A stretch of 64,000 bases of DNA from the NCBI GenBank assembly GCA_964604465.1, contig CAZRYZ010000001.1:553-64552 (forward strand), given 5' to 3'. How positions within the stretch are numbered: the stretch's first letter is position 1; the number at the start of each line of letters is the position of its first letter. Positions 54,502 through 64,000 of the stretch are shown piece after piece. The notes under the pieces were generated by a model. The model saw only the letters and a program-made list of their open reading frames with translations. It was not told the DNA's origin and searched no databases. The stretch is from an uncultured Dechloromonas sp. (lineage in GTDB: Bacteria; Pseudomonadota; Gammaproteobacteria; Burkholderiales; Rhodocyclaceae). Position numbers and translations under genes: made by a program.

Positions 54502-54849
54502 ATGTCCGGTCAATCCACCTACCCTCCCTGCCCGCAGTGCACACTGGAAAATACCTATCCGGATGGCACGAACTTCATCTGCGCAGATTGTGGTTTTGAA
54601 TGGCCGATGGAGGCAGAGCGTGGCGAAGAAGAGGGGGCGCGTATCGTCAAAGATGCCAATGGCAATGTCCTCACGGATGGCGATAGCGTGATCCTGATCA
54701 AGGACCTCAAGCTCAAGGGGTCGTCCAGCACCATGAAGGTTGGCACCAAGATCAAGAGCATCCGCATCGTCGATGGGGATCATGAGCTCGATTGCAAATC
54801 CGACTTCGGCAACATCATGCTCAAAGCCTGTTTCGTCAAGAAGGCCTGA
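54502..54849 (+). CDS. PhnA/YjdM zinc-ribbon protein
   Basis: CPQC...CADC..EW, KDANGN.L.DGD, IKDLK.KGSS. Confidence 0.9.
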   Translation: MSGQSTYPPCPQCTLENTYPDGTNFICADCGFEWPMEAERGEEEGARIVKDANGNVLTDGDSVILIKDLKLKGSSSTMKVGTKIKSIRIVDGDHELDCKSDFGNIMLKACFVKKA

Positions 54850-54880
54850 GCCTACAATCACACCCTCCGAACCCGGGCCA

Positions 54881-55828
54881 ATGACCGATTCTGAGTCATT
54901 CTCTCTCTCGCTCCCGTCCCTAATCAAGGAGATTGGCCGGGGTGCCAAAGGTGCCCGGGATTTATCGCTGAGCGATGCCGAAGCGCTTTTCAGGGCAATG
55001 CTAAATGGCGAGGTTCCGGATCTTGAACTGGGCGCCATTCTGCTTTCCTTGCGCATCAAGGGTGAATCCGACGAGGAGTTACTGGGCTTTTGCAAAGCGA
55101 TGCAAGACACTACCCGCTGCATCGATCACCCAAGCCACTCTCAACCGGTTGTTATCCTCCCTACCTACAACGGCACCCGGCGCCAGCCAAATCTCCTGCC
55201 CTTACTAACGTTCATGCTTCGCGACGCCGGTCTACCAGTGCTGATTCATGGTCGGCATGATTTCGCTAATCGGGAGAACCCCTTTCCGCTCTTCCACGCA
55301 TGTGGCATTGACTCAGCCCAAACACTAGAAGCCGTCAACCAGCAACTAAGCGATCAGGGGATTGCCCTGACTGGCATAGATGTCCTGAACCCCGAGCTCG
55401 ACCGCCTGTTGGCATTACGCACACGACTCGGCCTTCGTAACCCGGCACATACCCTGTGTAAATTGCTCGACCCCTGCCCTGGGCACAGTATCCGGGTCGT
55501 GAATGTGACACATCCGGAATACCTTATCCGGATGGCATCGTTGCTCAAAGCGCAAAGAACAACGGCGCTACTCATGCGCGGCACCGAAGGGGAGCCCTTT
55601 GCCAACCCCAAACGTCGACCGGAATTGTCAGGGTTTCATGGCAGCGAAACCGTCCCCCTGTACTCAGCCGAAGATGGGGGCTCGCCACCAATTCCCGGCT
55701 GGCCAGAAAGCAACGAACTGGAAGAGAATGTGGCATTAATCCGCGCCTTGCGCGAGGCACCCAAACAAATCCCCCAGCCTCTGGTCGATCAGGTAGATGC
55801 CCTCAAAAGGCTGGCTGCACTGATCTGA
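54881..55828 (+). CDS. ybiB: YbiB/TrpD2 DNA-binding protein
   Basis: IKEIGRG..GARDL, P.YNG.R, R..LGLRN..H, RGTEGE. Start ATG 54881. Confidence 0.88.
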   Translation: MTDSESFSLSLPSLIKEIGRGAKGARDLSLSDAEALFRAMLNGEVPDLELGAILLSLRIKGESDEELLGFCKAMQDTTRCIDHPSHSQPVVILPTYNGTRRQPNLLPLLTFMLRDAGLPVLIHGRHDFANRENPFPLFHACGIDSAQTLEAVNQQLSDQGIALTGIDVLNPELDRLLALRTRLGLRNPAHTLCKLLDPCPGHSIRVVNVTHPEYLIRMASLLKAQRTTALLMRGTEGEPFANPKRRPELSGFHGSETVPLYSAEDGGSPPIPGWPESNELEENVALIRALREAPKQIPQPLVDQVDALKRLAALI

Positions 55829-55831
55829 AGA

Positions 55832-56860
55832 TCAAGTGTTATCGGGTAGATCCCGGTGCGCAGCCCGGCTGAGGCGATCCTGTATAGCAAGCCACTCAGA
55901 ATGCTGCGGTAAGGCCTGGACCAGTATTTGCCGGTGCCCACCCCCATCCAGTTCCCGCAGCACGCGATAGAAATCATGCGCGTAATCCATCGGATCGTTA
56001 GCCAGGATACGGGTTGAGGCATATTGCCGAACACGTGGCGGGAGGTCATCTGTATCCCGCACAATCGCTGCAACATCTCCGCGAGCTATCTGACGATCTA
56101 TCATCCCCGCATCGACCACCTTCAGGGGCGTACGCGGTGCGTAATGAGAGGCCAGCGATCCCGATACACGGGGCGCGCGCTCATCTTTCTTTGCATGGGC
56201 CTGCACAGTGCGGCCCAAAACCAGGCTCAGTTGCTCGGCCGTGATCGCACCGGGCCGGAGAATGACTGGTAGACCGCGAGAAAGATCGACGATGGTAGAT
56301 TCAATGCCCACACGACAGTCACCCCCATCCAGAATCAATGCCACTGCATCCCCAAGCTCGTCAGCAACATGCTGAGCGGTCGTCGGACTGATTCTCCCGA
56401 ATCGATTGGCTGAAGGCGCGGCCAGGCCACCACCCTGTTGGCCTGCAGACCGCCGCGACTCCGCTAACGCCCTCAATAAAGCCAAAGCAACCGGATGTCC
56501 CGGCAAACGAATACCGACAGTGTCCTGACCACCTGTCACCACATCAGGCACTGTTAGTGCCTTTTTCAGAATCATCGTAAGCGGCCCCGGCCAGAATGCC
56601 TCAGCCAGGGTCCATGCCTCGTCAGGAATCTCGCGCGCGTAATGGGTCAGCAGATCATCAGCGCCCAGATGAACAATCAACGGATGATCTGCCGGTCGAC
56701 CCTTCGCAGCAAAAATGTGGGCGACCGCCGCCGGATTATCGGCATCCGCTGCCAGACCATAAACAGTTTCCGTGGGGAACCCGATCAACGCCCCCGCGTT
56801 GATCAACGAGACTGCCCGGTGAATCGCGTCGGGTGACTGACCCGGGACGATCTCAGGCAT
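55832..56860 (-). CDS. tsaC: L-threonylcarbamoyladenylate synthase (Sua5/TsaC)
   Basis: PTETVYGL, KGRP..HPLIVH, APSAN, G.ESTI, Sua5 C-domain. Start ATG 56860. Confidence 0.93.
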   Translation of the reverse strand: MPEIVPGQSPDAIHRAVSLINAGALIGFPTETVYGLAADADNPAAVAHIFAAKGRPADHPLIVHLGADDLLTHYAREIPDEAWTLAEAFWPGPLTMILKKALTVPDVVTGGQDTVGIRLPGHPVALALLRALAESRRSAGQQGGGLAAPSANRFGRISPTTAQHVADELGDAVALILDGGDCRVGIESTIVDLSRGLPVILRPGAITAEQLSLVLGRTVQAHAKKDERAPRVSGSLASHYAPRTPLKVVDAGMIDRQIARGDVAAIVRDTDDLPPRVRQYASTRILANDPMDYAHDFYRVLRELDGGGHRQILVQALPQHSEWLAIQDRLSRAAHRDLPDNT

Positions 56861-58019
56861 CGGGCAGACCGAGGATCTGGCGCGCTTGCATCGCCCGTTC
56901 ATAAACTTGTTGGGCATCATCACCCACCACCGTGTAATGACCCATCTTGCGACCGGCACGGGGGGTTTGCTTGCCATAGAGATGCAGGCACAAGCCCGGG
57001 ATTGCCAGTAAAGCGGCCCAGTCCGGTTCACGCTCAATACCCTTGTCAAACCAGAGATCACCCAACAGGTTTACCATCACCGCCGCCGAATGCGCGCGAC
57101 TATCGCCAAGGGGCATGCCGCACAAAGCACGCACCTGCTGCTGAAACTGGCTCGTGGCACAGGCATCGATCGTGTAATGGCCGCTATTGTGCGGACGGGG
57201 CGCCATTTCGTTCACCACCAGCTGACCTCGCGAGACGAAAAACTCAACGCCCAGCGTGCCGACATAACCGAGACAACCCGCCAGCTTCTCAGCGACCTCG
57301 CAGGCATCGTCAGCGACACCCACCGAGTTTTGGTCAACTTGCCAGGCGGGGACCACGCTCACATCCAGAATGCCATTGTAGTGGCGGTTTTCTGCCGATG
57401 GGAAAGCCTTCACGCTGCCATCCTGCCCACGAGCCAACACGACCGAGATTTCATAATCTAATGGCAGCTTGGCTTCCAGGATGCAGCGCACACTACCGAG
57501 AGCGAGCCAGGCTGCTTCAGCCGCAGCGCGATCCTCGACCACCGCCTGTCCTTTACCGTCATAGCCTAGGCGTGCGGCTTTGAGGATTCCGGGGAAAAGA
57601 TGCGCGGGTGCGGCGCGTAGATCTTCAATCGAGGCAATCTCGGCGAATGGGCCATGCGGCAAACCATGGGTTGCCAGGAAGGTCTTTTCAGCAATACGAT
57701 CCTGACAGACCGAAACAGCCGCCGCCGAGGGGTGCACCGGTAAGCGCTCCGCCAGAACAGCCAGCGAGTCTGCCGGAACATTCTCAAACTCGGTGGTCAC
57801 CGCTGCACAACCCGAAGCCAATTCGGCCAAGGCGGTGCCGTCATCATACTCAGCGCATAGGTGACGATCCGCAATCAGACCGGCCGGGCTACCGGGATCC
57901 GGATCCAGCACCCAGACCTGATAACCCAGTTCATGAGCCGCCATAACGAAATAGCGGCCAAGTTGGCCGCCACCCAGCACACCCAGCACCGCAGGTGCCG
58001 GAATCAAGCATTTCTTCAT
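56853..58019 (-). CDS. purK: N5-CAIR synthase
   Basis: GGGQLG, EFENV, GYDGKGQ, NE.APRPHNSGH, RKMGH. Confidence 0.97.
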   Translation of the reverse strand: MKKCLIPAPAVLGVLGGGQLGRYFVMAAHELGYQVWVLDPDPGSPAGLIADRHLCAEYDDGTALAELASGCAAVTTEFENVPADSLAVLAERLPVHPSAAAVSVCQDRIAEKTFLATHGLPHGPFAEIASIEDLRAAPAHLFPGILKAARLGYDGKGQAVVEDRAAAEAAWLALGSVRCILEAKLPLDYEISVVLARGQDGSVKAFPSAENRHYNGILDVSVVPAWQVDQNSVGVADDACEVAEKLAGCLGYVGTLGVEFFVSRGQLVVNEMAPRPHNSGHYTIDACATSQFQQQVRALCGMPLGDSRAHSAAVMVNLLGDLWFDKGIEREPDWAALLAIPGLCLHLYGKQTPRAGRKMGHYTVVGDDAQQVYERAMQARQILGLPDA

Positions 58020-58522
58020 TAGACTTCCGGCAATTTCATGGCCAGCACTTTGGCTGACTGGGTCTTTCGGAACTGCTGCAAACGATCATTTAAAGCAACA
58101 TCCTGATTCGCCAGCATCGCGACAGCAAACAACGCGGCATTGGCCGCCCCGGCTTCGCCAATGGCAAAGGTCGCTACGGGAATACCTTTAGGCATCTGTA
58201 CGATGGAATGCAACGAGTCGACACCCGACAGGGCTTTGGATTGTACCGGCACCCCCAGCACAGGCACCGTGGTCTTGGCTGCCAGCATGCCCGGTAAATG
58301 TGCCGCACCACCGGCGCCAGCGATAATGGCCTGCAAGCCCCGTGATCCGGCATTTTCCGCGTAATCAAACAGCAGATCGGGTGTCCTGTGCGCCGATACA
58401 ACGCGCGCCTCAAACGGCACGCCAAACTCTTTAAGCATGACGGCCGCTGCCTGCATCGTCGGCCAGTCGGAGTCCGACCCCATCACGATACCTACGAGAG
58501 GCGATTTGTTGTTCGCAGTCAT
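58019..58522 (-). CDS. purE: N5-CAIR mutase
   Basis: [29 protein letters not shown]. Confidence 0.98.
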   Translation of the reverse strand: MTANNKSPLVGIVMGSDSDWPTMQAAAVMLKEFGVPFEARVVSAHRTPDLLFDYAENAGSRGLQAIIAGAGGAAHLPGMLAAKTTVPVLGVPVQSKALSGVDSLHSIVQMPKGIPVATFAIGEAGAANAALFAVAMLANQDVALNDRLQQFRKTQSAKVLAMKLPEV

Positions 58523-59403
58523 TGAACAGTCCCTTCGGCAAAGCGTTCCGCTGAGGTCAGCGTATTGGCGAGCAGCATGGCAATCGTCATCGGACCAACA
58601 CCGCCCGGCACGGGCGTAATAGCGCCGGCAATGGGTTTGACAGCATCAAAGTCGACATCACCACACAGACCTCCACCAGCCTCGGCCGGCAATCGATTGA
58701 TGCCCACGTCAATCACGAGCGCGCCGGGTTTGACCATATCCGCAGTCACGAATTTTGGTTTGCCAATCGCGGCAACCAGGATGTCAGCCCGGCGGGTATG
58801 TTCTCTCAGATCCCGCGTACGAGAGTGACAAACGGTCACCGTACAACCCGCATGCAGCAATAGCATGGCCATCGGTTTGCCAACGATATTAGAACGACCG
58901 ATGACCACGGCTTCCTTGCCATTGAGATCAACACCGGTTTCAGCCAGTAACTTCATCACACCATAAGGCGTACAGGGAATGAAGCGGGGATCGCCCTGCA
59001 TGAGGGCACCCACGTTCGCCGCATGAAACCCATCGACGTCCTTTTCGGGGCGAATCGCAGCCAGCACTTCGGCTTCATCAAATTGCGGCGGTAGCGGGAG
59101 TTGAACCAGAATACCGTGTACTGCCGGATCCTGGTTCAGTTCGGCAATTTTTTCGAGTACGACACCCGGTGCCACGTTAGCGGGAAACGGGAAATCAAAG
59201 GAAAGCATCCCGGCCTCATGGCAGGCCTTGATCTTGTTACGCACATAAACTTGCGATGCCGGATTCTCGCCGACCAGAATCACTGCCAGACCGGGGCGAG
59301 TTCCCTGCAGCGCCAATTCATCAGCACGCACTTTGAATTCGGCGCGCAGTCGTTTAGACAACGCAGCGCCATCGAGTATTTGAGCGGTTGTGTGGTTTGC
59401 CAT
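58519..59403 (-). CDS. folD: Methylenetetrahydrofolate dehydrogenase/cyclohydrolase
   Basis: [35 protein letters not shown]. Confidence 0.98.
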   Translation of the reverse strand: MANHTTAQILDGAALSKRLRAEFKVRADELALQGTRPGLAVILVGENPASQVYVRNKIKACHEAGMLSFDFPFPANVAPGVVLEKIAELNQDPAVHGILVQLPLPPQFDEAEVLAAIRPEKDVDGFHAANVGALMQGDPRFIPCTPYGVMKLLAETGVDLNGKEAVVIGRSNIVGKPMAMLLLHAGCTVTVCHSRTRDLREHTRRADILVAAIGKPKFVTADMVKPGALVIDVGINRLPAEAGGGLCGDVDFDAVKPIAGAITPVPGGVGPMTIAMLLANTLTSAERFAEGTVQ

Positions 59404-59409
59404 AGGCCG

Positions 59410-60039
59410 TTATTTTACTTCAAACCGCCAGCCAGATACTGTTATACCTTGGGCTGCTACATCTTCGGCCAGCGCTTCAGGATCCGGAGCAATCAGGGTG
59501 ATCTGCGGACAACGGGCAGCAAAGTTACGGATTCGCATCAGGGGCAATGGACTGCTCCAGGCAAGCAGCAAACCATTACCCTCTGCCAAGGCGATGTCCT
59601 CATGCCAGCCGACTCGGATCCATCCTTTTCTGGACGACTCCCGCCTAAATTCACGATTCAGTGAGGAGTTTTCCACTCCCCGTGTCAGTGCAATCTGTCG
59701 GATCTGAACCCAGTCTGCATCATTGACCTGCCTGTGCGAGCACCAGGGCACCGAGCTTCCATCCAGCGGGATACCTTCAAACCCAGACCCCCTACCCAAC
59801 ACCACCACCGGCGACACAAATTCCGTGGAATAAGCCCGGGCTTCTGCCATCCAGGGGGCAGCCCGCTGCTCCGGGGCATCATTTAGCTCGAGAACCGGCA
59901 CCCCCGCATGGCGCAAGGCGCTTCTCCATGCCCCGGCTTGAACGGAATCGCCACGCATCCGGATGAGGCTTTCTGCCTCGGCATATTCATTCAGAAGCTG
60001 TTGAGCAACCAGAGTAGGCGACGGTTCAAAGCATGACAT
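59410..60039 (-). CDS. Hypothetical protein resembling the central part of indolepyruvate:ferredoxin oxidoreductase alpha (IorA)
   Basis: AGVPVLE...A.AYS.EF.SPVVV and SSLNR...PLP...IRNFA..C......P...E.V...GI.V.G patterns; stop 6 nt before folD. Start ATG 60039 preferred. Confidence 0.55.
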   Translation of the reverse strand: MSCFEPSPTLVAQQLLNEYAEAESLIRMRGDSVQAGAWRSALRHAGVPVLELNDAPEQRAAPWMAEARAYSTEFVSPVVVLGRGSGFEGIPLDGSSVPWCSHRQVNDADWVQIRQIALTRGVENSSLNREFRRESSRKGWIRVGWHEDIALAEGNGLLLAWSSPLPLMRIRNFAARCPQITLIAPDPEALAEDVAAQGITVSGWRFEVK

Positions 60040-60084
60040 GTTGCGATGATGCCACGGTCCGAGCCAGTTACCCCGATGAATGGC

Positions 60085-60113
60085 TTGACGTGACAGTTGA
60101 CCCGCTTTACAAT
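60085..60113 (+). promoter_or_regulatory. Sigma70 promoter for aceEF
   Basis: TTGACG (60085-60090), 17 bp, TACAAT (60108-60113). Confidence 0.75.
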
Positions 60114-60309
60114 TTTCGCATAACAAGATGTTATTTCACATTACAAAACACAAAAAAACGAAACTTGACGCATCCTGACGCCCGAGTTCCGGGTTGTGCG
60201 GCGCGGAACACCGCCAAGAAACATCCCGTTATAGTCGGGTCAGGTTGTCATTAACGCGGGTCATCATGGATGCGTATTACCTATCGCATCTGTATCAGGA
60301 GGAGATAGC

Positions 60310-63003
60310 ATGTCGGCAGCAAACGAACAGAATCTGGTACCGGGCATAACAAACGATCCGGATCCGCAGGAAACGCGCGAATGGCAAGATGCCCTCAATG
60401 GCGTCATCGTTAACGAAGGTGACGAGCGTGCACACTTTCTCATCGAGACGCTCATCGGTCAGGCTCGCAGCAAGGGGGTTGATATCCCCTATTCGGCCAA
60501 TACCGAATACATCAACACCATCCCTGTTGCACAACAGCCCAAGTATCCGGGAAACCCGGACATGGAAATCAAGATCCATTCCTATATTCGCTGGAACGCC
60601 ATGGCGATGGTCGTTCGTGCCAACAAACACACCAACGTCGGTGGTCACATTGCTTCTTTCGCCTCAGCCGCCGTTCTCTATGACGTTGGCTTCTCACACT
60701 TCTGGCACGCGCCGTCGCCTGAGCATGATGGTGATCTGATTTTCTTCCAGGGCCACTCCGTACCTGGGGTGTACGCCCGTGCCTTCATGCTGGGACGTTT
60801 TACGGAAAGCCAGCTTGATCATTTCCGACAGGAAACCACCGGCAAGGGGATCTCCTCCTACCCACACCCCTGGCTGATGCCGGACTTCTGGCAGTTCCCT
60901 ACGGTATCGATGGGCCTTGGCCCGATCCAAGCGATCTATCAGGCCCGCTTCATGAAGTATCTGGCCAGCCGTGGTCTGATTAATGCAGAGAAGGCAGCAC
61001 ATCGGAAGGTCTGGGCCTTCCTGGGCGATGGCGAAACGGATGAGGTCGAATCCCTGGGTGCCATTGGCATGGCCGGCCGTGAAAAGCTCGACAACCTGAT
61101 CTTCGTCATTAACTGCAACCTACAGAGGCTTGATGGGCCGGTTCGCGGCAATGGCAAGATCATCCAGGACCTGGAATCGGAATTTCGCGGCGCCGGCTGG
61201 AATGTGATCAAGCTGATCTGGGGTACCCATTGGGATGCGCTGTTCCAGCGCGATACTCAGGGCATTCTGAAGCAAAGGATGATGAATCTCTGTGATGGCG
61301 AATACCAGACTTTCAAGTCCAAAGACGGGGCTTACGTGCGGGAGCATTTCTTCAACACTCCGGAACTCAAGGCTCTGGTTGCTGATTGGACTGATGACGA
61401 AATCTGGCAACTCAATCGTGGCGGCCATGATATCTTCAAAATCTTTGCCGCTTATGATCGTGCCGTTAAGCACAAGGGACAACCGACCCTGATTCTTGCC
61501 AAGACCATCAAAGGCTTCGGTATGGGCAAGGCTGGCGAAGCGATGAATACCTCGCACCAGCAGAAGAAGATGGACAAAGAGCAGATTGCCCGCTTCCGCG
61601 ACCGCTTCTCGCTGCCGGTCAAGGATGAAGAAATCGATACCCTGCCCTACCTGAAGTTTGCCGAAGACTCACCCGAATTCCAGTACATGCGTGATCGCCG
61701 GATGGCACTGGGAGGGTTCCTCCCTCAACGTCGGCGCAAAGCCGAGCCGCTTCCGGTACCCGCCCTGGAAAGCTTTGATGCCCTGCTCAAAGCTTCCGGT
61801 GAAGGTCGCGAGCTATCAACGACCATGGCCATCGTGCGCATCATGAATATGCTGCTCAAGGACAAGCAGATCGGTAAGAATATCGTCCCGATCGTGCCGG
61901 ACGAGTCCCGTACGTTCGGTATGGAAGGCATGTTCCGCGCGGTAGGAATCTGGAACCAGGAAGGACAAAATTACGTACCCGAAGACCATGACCAGCTTAT
62001 GTTCTACAAGGAATCCAAGACTGGACAGGTGCTGCAAGAGGGGATTAACGAGGCAGGTGCCATGAGCGACTGGATCGCTGCCGCAACCTCGTACTCGGTG
62101 CATGGCGTCCAGACCATACCGTTCTATATCTGCTATTCGATGTTTGGTCTGCAACGTACGCTGGATCTGTGCTGGGCCGCAGGTGACCAGCGTGCCCGCG
62201 GCTTCCTGATCGGTGGCACCGCTGGGCGGACCACTCTGAACGGCGAAGGCCTTCAACACGAGGACGGCCACAGCCTGCTGCTGGCCAACATGATCCCGAA
62301 CTGTATTTCCTACGACCCCACTTTCCAGTACGAAGTGGCCGTCATCACCCAGGACGGCTTACGCCGCATGCATCAGGATCAGGAAGATGTCTTCTATTAT
62401 CTGACGGTGATGAACGAGAATTATGAGCACCCGGCAATGCCGGCAGGTGCAGCGCCCGACATCATCAAGGGGATGTACCAGTTCAAAAAGGGCAACCCTT
62501 CGAACGGCCCACGGGTCCAATTACTCGGGTCCGGTACGATTTTCCGCGAAGTCATTGCCGCAGCAGAACTGCTGCGCAAGGACTGGGGTGTCGAATCCGA
62601 CCTGTGGGGCTGCCCGAGTTTTAACGAACTCGCCCGTGATGGTGAGGATGTGGCCCGCTGGAACATGTTGCACCCGACGGACCCACAGCGTGTGTCGCAT
62701 GTGGAATCAAAACTGGCCGGCACCACAGGCCCGGTCGTGGCGGCAACCGACTACATCAAGCTTTATGCCGAACAAATCCGTCCCTTCATCAAGAAAAGCT
62801 TTGTTGCCCTCGGCACCAACGGCTTTGGCCGCTCGGACACCCGCGAGCACCTGCGTGAATTCTTTGAAGTTGATCGACACTGGGTCACGGTGGCCGCGCT
62901 AAAGGCATTAGCGGATGAGGGTGCAATTGGCCGCGACAAGGTCGCTGCGGCCATCAGCAAGTATCAACTGGATCCAAACAAACCCAACCCGATGACGGTC
63001 TAA
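60310..63003 (+). CDS. aceE: Pyruvate dehydrogenase E1
   Basis: GGHIASF, PTVSMGLG, GDGETDE, EGINEAG, GEGLQH; SD AGGAGG. Confidence 0.98.
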   Translation: MSAANEQNLVPGITNDPDPQETREWQDALNGVIVNEGDERAHFLIETLIGQARSKGVDIPYSANTEYINTIPVAQQPKYPGNPDMEIKIHSYIRWNAMAMVVRANKHTNVGGHIASFASAAVLYDVGFSHFWHAPSPEHDGDLIFFQGHSVPGVYARAFMLGRFTESQLDHFRQETTGKGISSYPHPWLMPDFWQFPTVSMGLGPIQAIYQARFMKYLASRGLINAEKAAHRKVWAFLGDGETDEVESLGAIGMAGREKLDNLIFVINCNLQRLDGPVRGNGKIIQDLESEFRGAGWNVIKLIWGTHWDALFQRDTQGILKQRMMNLCDGEYQTFKSKDGAYVREHFFNTPELKALVADWTDDEIWQLNRGGHDIFKIFAAYDRAVKHKGQPTLILAKTIKGFGMGKAGEAMNTSHQQKKMDKEQIARFRDRFSLPVKDEEIDTLPYLKFAEDSPEFQYMRDRRMALGGFLPQRRRKAEPLPVPALESFDALLKASGEGRELSTTMAIVRIMNMLLKDKQIGKNIVPIVPDESRTFGMEGMFRAVGIWNQEGQNYVPEDHDQLMFYKESKTGQVLQEGINEAGAMSDWIAAATSYSVHGVQTIPFYICYSMFGLQRTLDLCWAAGDQRARGFLIGGTAGRTTLNGEGLQHEDGHSLLLANMIPNCISYDPTFQYEVAVITQDGLRRMHQDQEDVFYYLTVMNENYEHPAMPAGAAPDIIKGMYQFKKGNPSNGPRVQLLGSGTIFREVIAAAELLRKDWGVESDLWGCPSFNELARDGEDVARWNMLHPTDPQRVSHVESKLAGTTGPVVAATDYIKLYAEQIRPFIKKSFVALGTNGFGRSDTREHLREFFEVDRHWVTVAALKALADEGAIGRDKVAAAISKYQLDPNKPNPMTV

Positions 63004-63016
63004 GGGGAACAAGAAC

Positions 63017-64000
63017 ATGAGTCAACTGATTGAAATTAAAGTTCCCGACATCGGTGATTTCACCGATGTCCCCGTGATTGAAGTTTTCGTGAAGCCGGGC
63101 GACGTCATCAAAGTCGATGATGCGCTCGTGACGCTTGAATCCGACAAAGCCACCATGGATGTGCCCGCGTCTGCGGCTGGAGTCGTTAAAGAAGTCCTGG
63201 TCAAACTCGGTGACAAAATTGGTGAAGGCACGGTCGTTGTCCGCGTGGAAGCCAGTGATACGGCATCTGCCGAACCAGCAACTGCTTTAGCACCCGCTCC
63301 GGAACCAGCAGCCTCGGTGCCCCAGGCAGCAGCACCGGCTGCCGGTGGCGGCATTGTCGACGTCAAGGTTCCTGACATCGGCGACTTCTCAGAAGTCCCG
63401 GTTATCGAGGTCTTTGTGAAGCCGGGGGATGTAGTGAATGTCGATGACGCACTCGTCACGCTGGAGTCCGACAAAGCGACGATGGATGTCCCGTCTTCGG
63501 CTGCCGGTACCGTGAAGGAAGTCCTAGTCAAACTCGGCGACAAAGTAGGCGAAGGTTCCGTCATCGTACGTCTGGAAAACGGTGGCATCGCGGCAAGTGC
63601 ACCTTCTGCAACCCCTTTGCCAGCACCGACCCCCTCACCCGCAGCAAGCTTACCCCCTCCTGCTGCTTCAGCCACTACAGCAGAAGCACCGGCGAGCTCT
63701 GCCGCGTCCTCATTACCGAGTCTGCCGCTGGGTGGTGTAGTCCATGCCAGCCCAAGCGCCCGTGCTTATGCCCGCGAACTCGGCGTTGATCTGACACACG
63801 TTAAACCGAGTGGCCCGAAGAGCCGCATCCTTCGTGAAGACATTACCGGTTTCGTGAAGGGTGCTATGACTACCGGCGTTGTCCCGGGCAAGACGCCCGC
63901 CGCTGCCAGTGGTGGTGGAGTGGGTGGTGTATTGGGCGGTGGCCTCGATCTATTGCCGTGGCCAAAGGTCGATTTCGCCAAATTCGGTCCGATCGAGATT
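63017..64000 (+). CDS. aceF: Pyruvate dehydrogenase E2 (partial; two lipoyl domains)
   Basis: Read manually from ATG 63017: MSQLIEIKVPDIGDF...LESDKATMDVP twice, Ala/Pro linkers, HASPS.R..ARELGVDL, LPWPKVDFAKFG. Confidence 0.96.
   Translation, partial: MSQLIEIKVPDIGDFTDVPVIEVFVKPGDVIKVDDALVTLESDKATMDVPASAAGVVKEVLVKLGDKIGEGTVVVRVEASDTASAEPATALAPAPEPAASVPQAAAPAAGGGIVDVKVPDIGDFSEVPVIEVFVKPGDVVNVDDALVTLESDKATMDVPSSAAGTVKEVLVKLGDKVGEGSVIVRLENGGIAASAPSATPLPAPTPSPAASLPPPAASATTAEAPASSAASSLPSLPLGGVVHASPSARAYARELGVDLTHVKPSGPKSRILREDITGFVKGAMTTGVVPGKTPAAASGGGVGGVLGGGLDLLPWPKVDFAKFGPIEI
63029..63577 (+). repeat. Tandem lipoyl-domain coding repeat in aceF
   Basis: Two ~220-bp similar copies offset by 327 bp (about 63029-63250 and 63356-63577). 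Confidence 0.85.

Noticed and set aside
60040-60300. ZTP (pfl) or THF riboswitch upstream of folD-purEK
   Set aside because: No consensus elements recognised on the minus strand; none seen before purH either, where the gap is only 55 nt.
63029-63577. Direct repeat as a possible mobile or novel repeat element
   Set aside because: Explained by the two lipoyl domains of AceF.

Overview
A GC-rich chromosomal segment from a betaproteobacterium; gene order and protein style suggest Rhodocyclales, which is an inference. Positions ~13.8-64 kb are mostly core genes: mltF, serS-rarA-lolA-ftsK, trxB, xth, rsmA-pdxA-surA-lptD, amgK-murU-pepP-ubiH, dusB-fis-purH-(pagP)-purD-hemF, hemCDXY, argH, grxD, a BigR/YeeE module, a Fur-boxed fbpABC iron transporter, folD-purEK-sua5 and aceE-aceF. 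Positions 1-13.6 kb lie beyond the 3' end of tRNA-Ser(CGA) and look accessory: a MarR/Emr efflux operon, ackA, a sugar epimerase, a metal cassette, a DUF1504 antiporter and a MASE1 two-component system. The best candidate for an undescribed system is 7475-9460. There a secreted His/Cys leader peptide ends in an RPP arrest-like motif, and its last codons can base-pair with the Shine-Dalgarno of the next gene. It sits ahead of a Met/His-tailed membrane protein, a DUF411/CopG protein and a periplasmic cupin, with no CopA or oxidase. Other leads are a carboxysome-type carbonic anhydrase homolog at the end of the iron ABC operon, a truncated IorA-like protein divergent from aceE, a structured ~190-nt aceE leader, and pagP inserted in purH-purD. 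No CRISPR array, rRNA, integrase or transposase was seen. All family assignments come from motif recognition by eye, not database searches.
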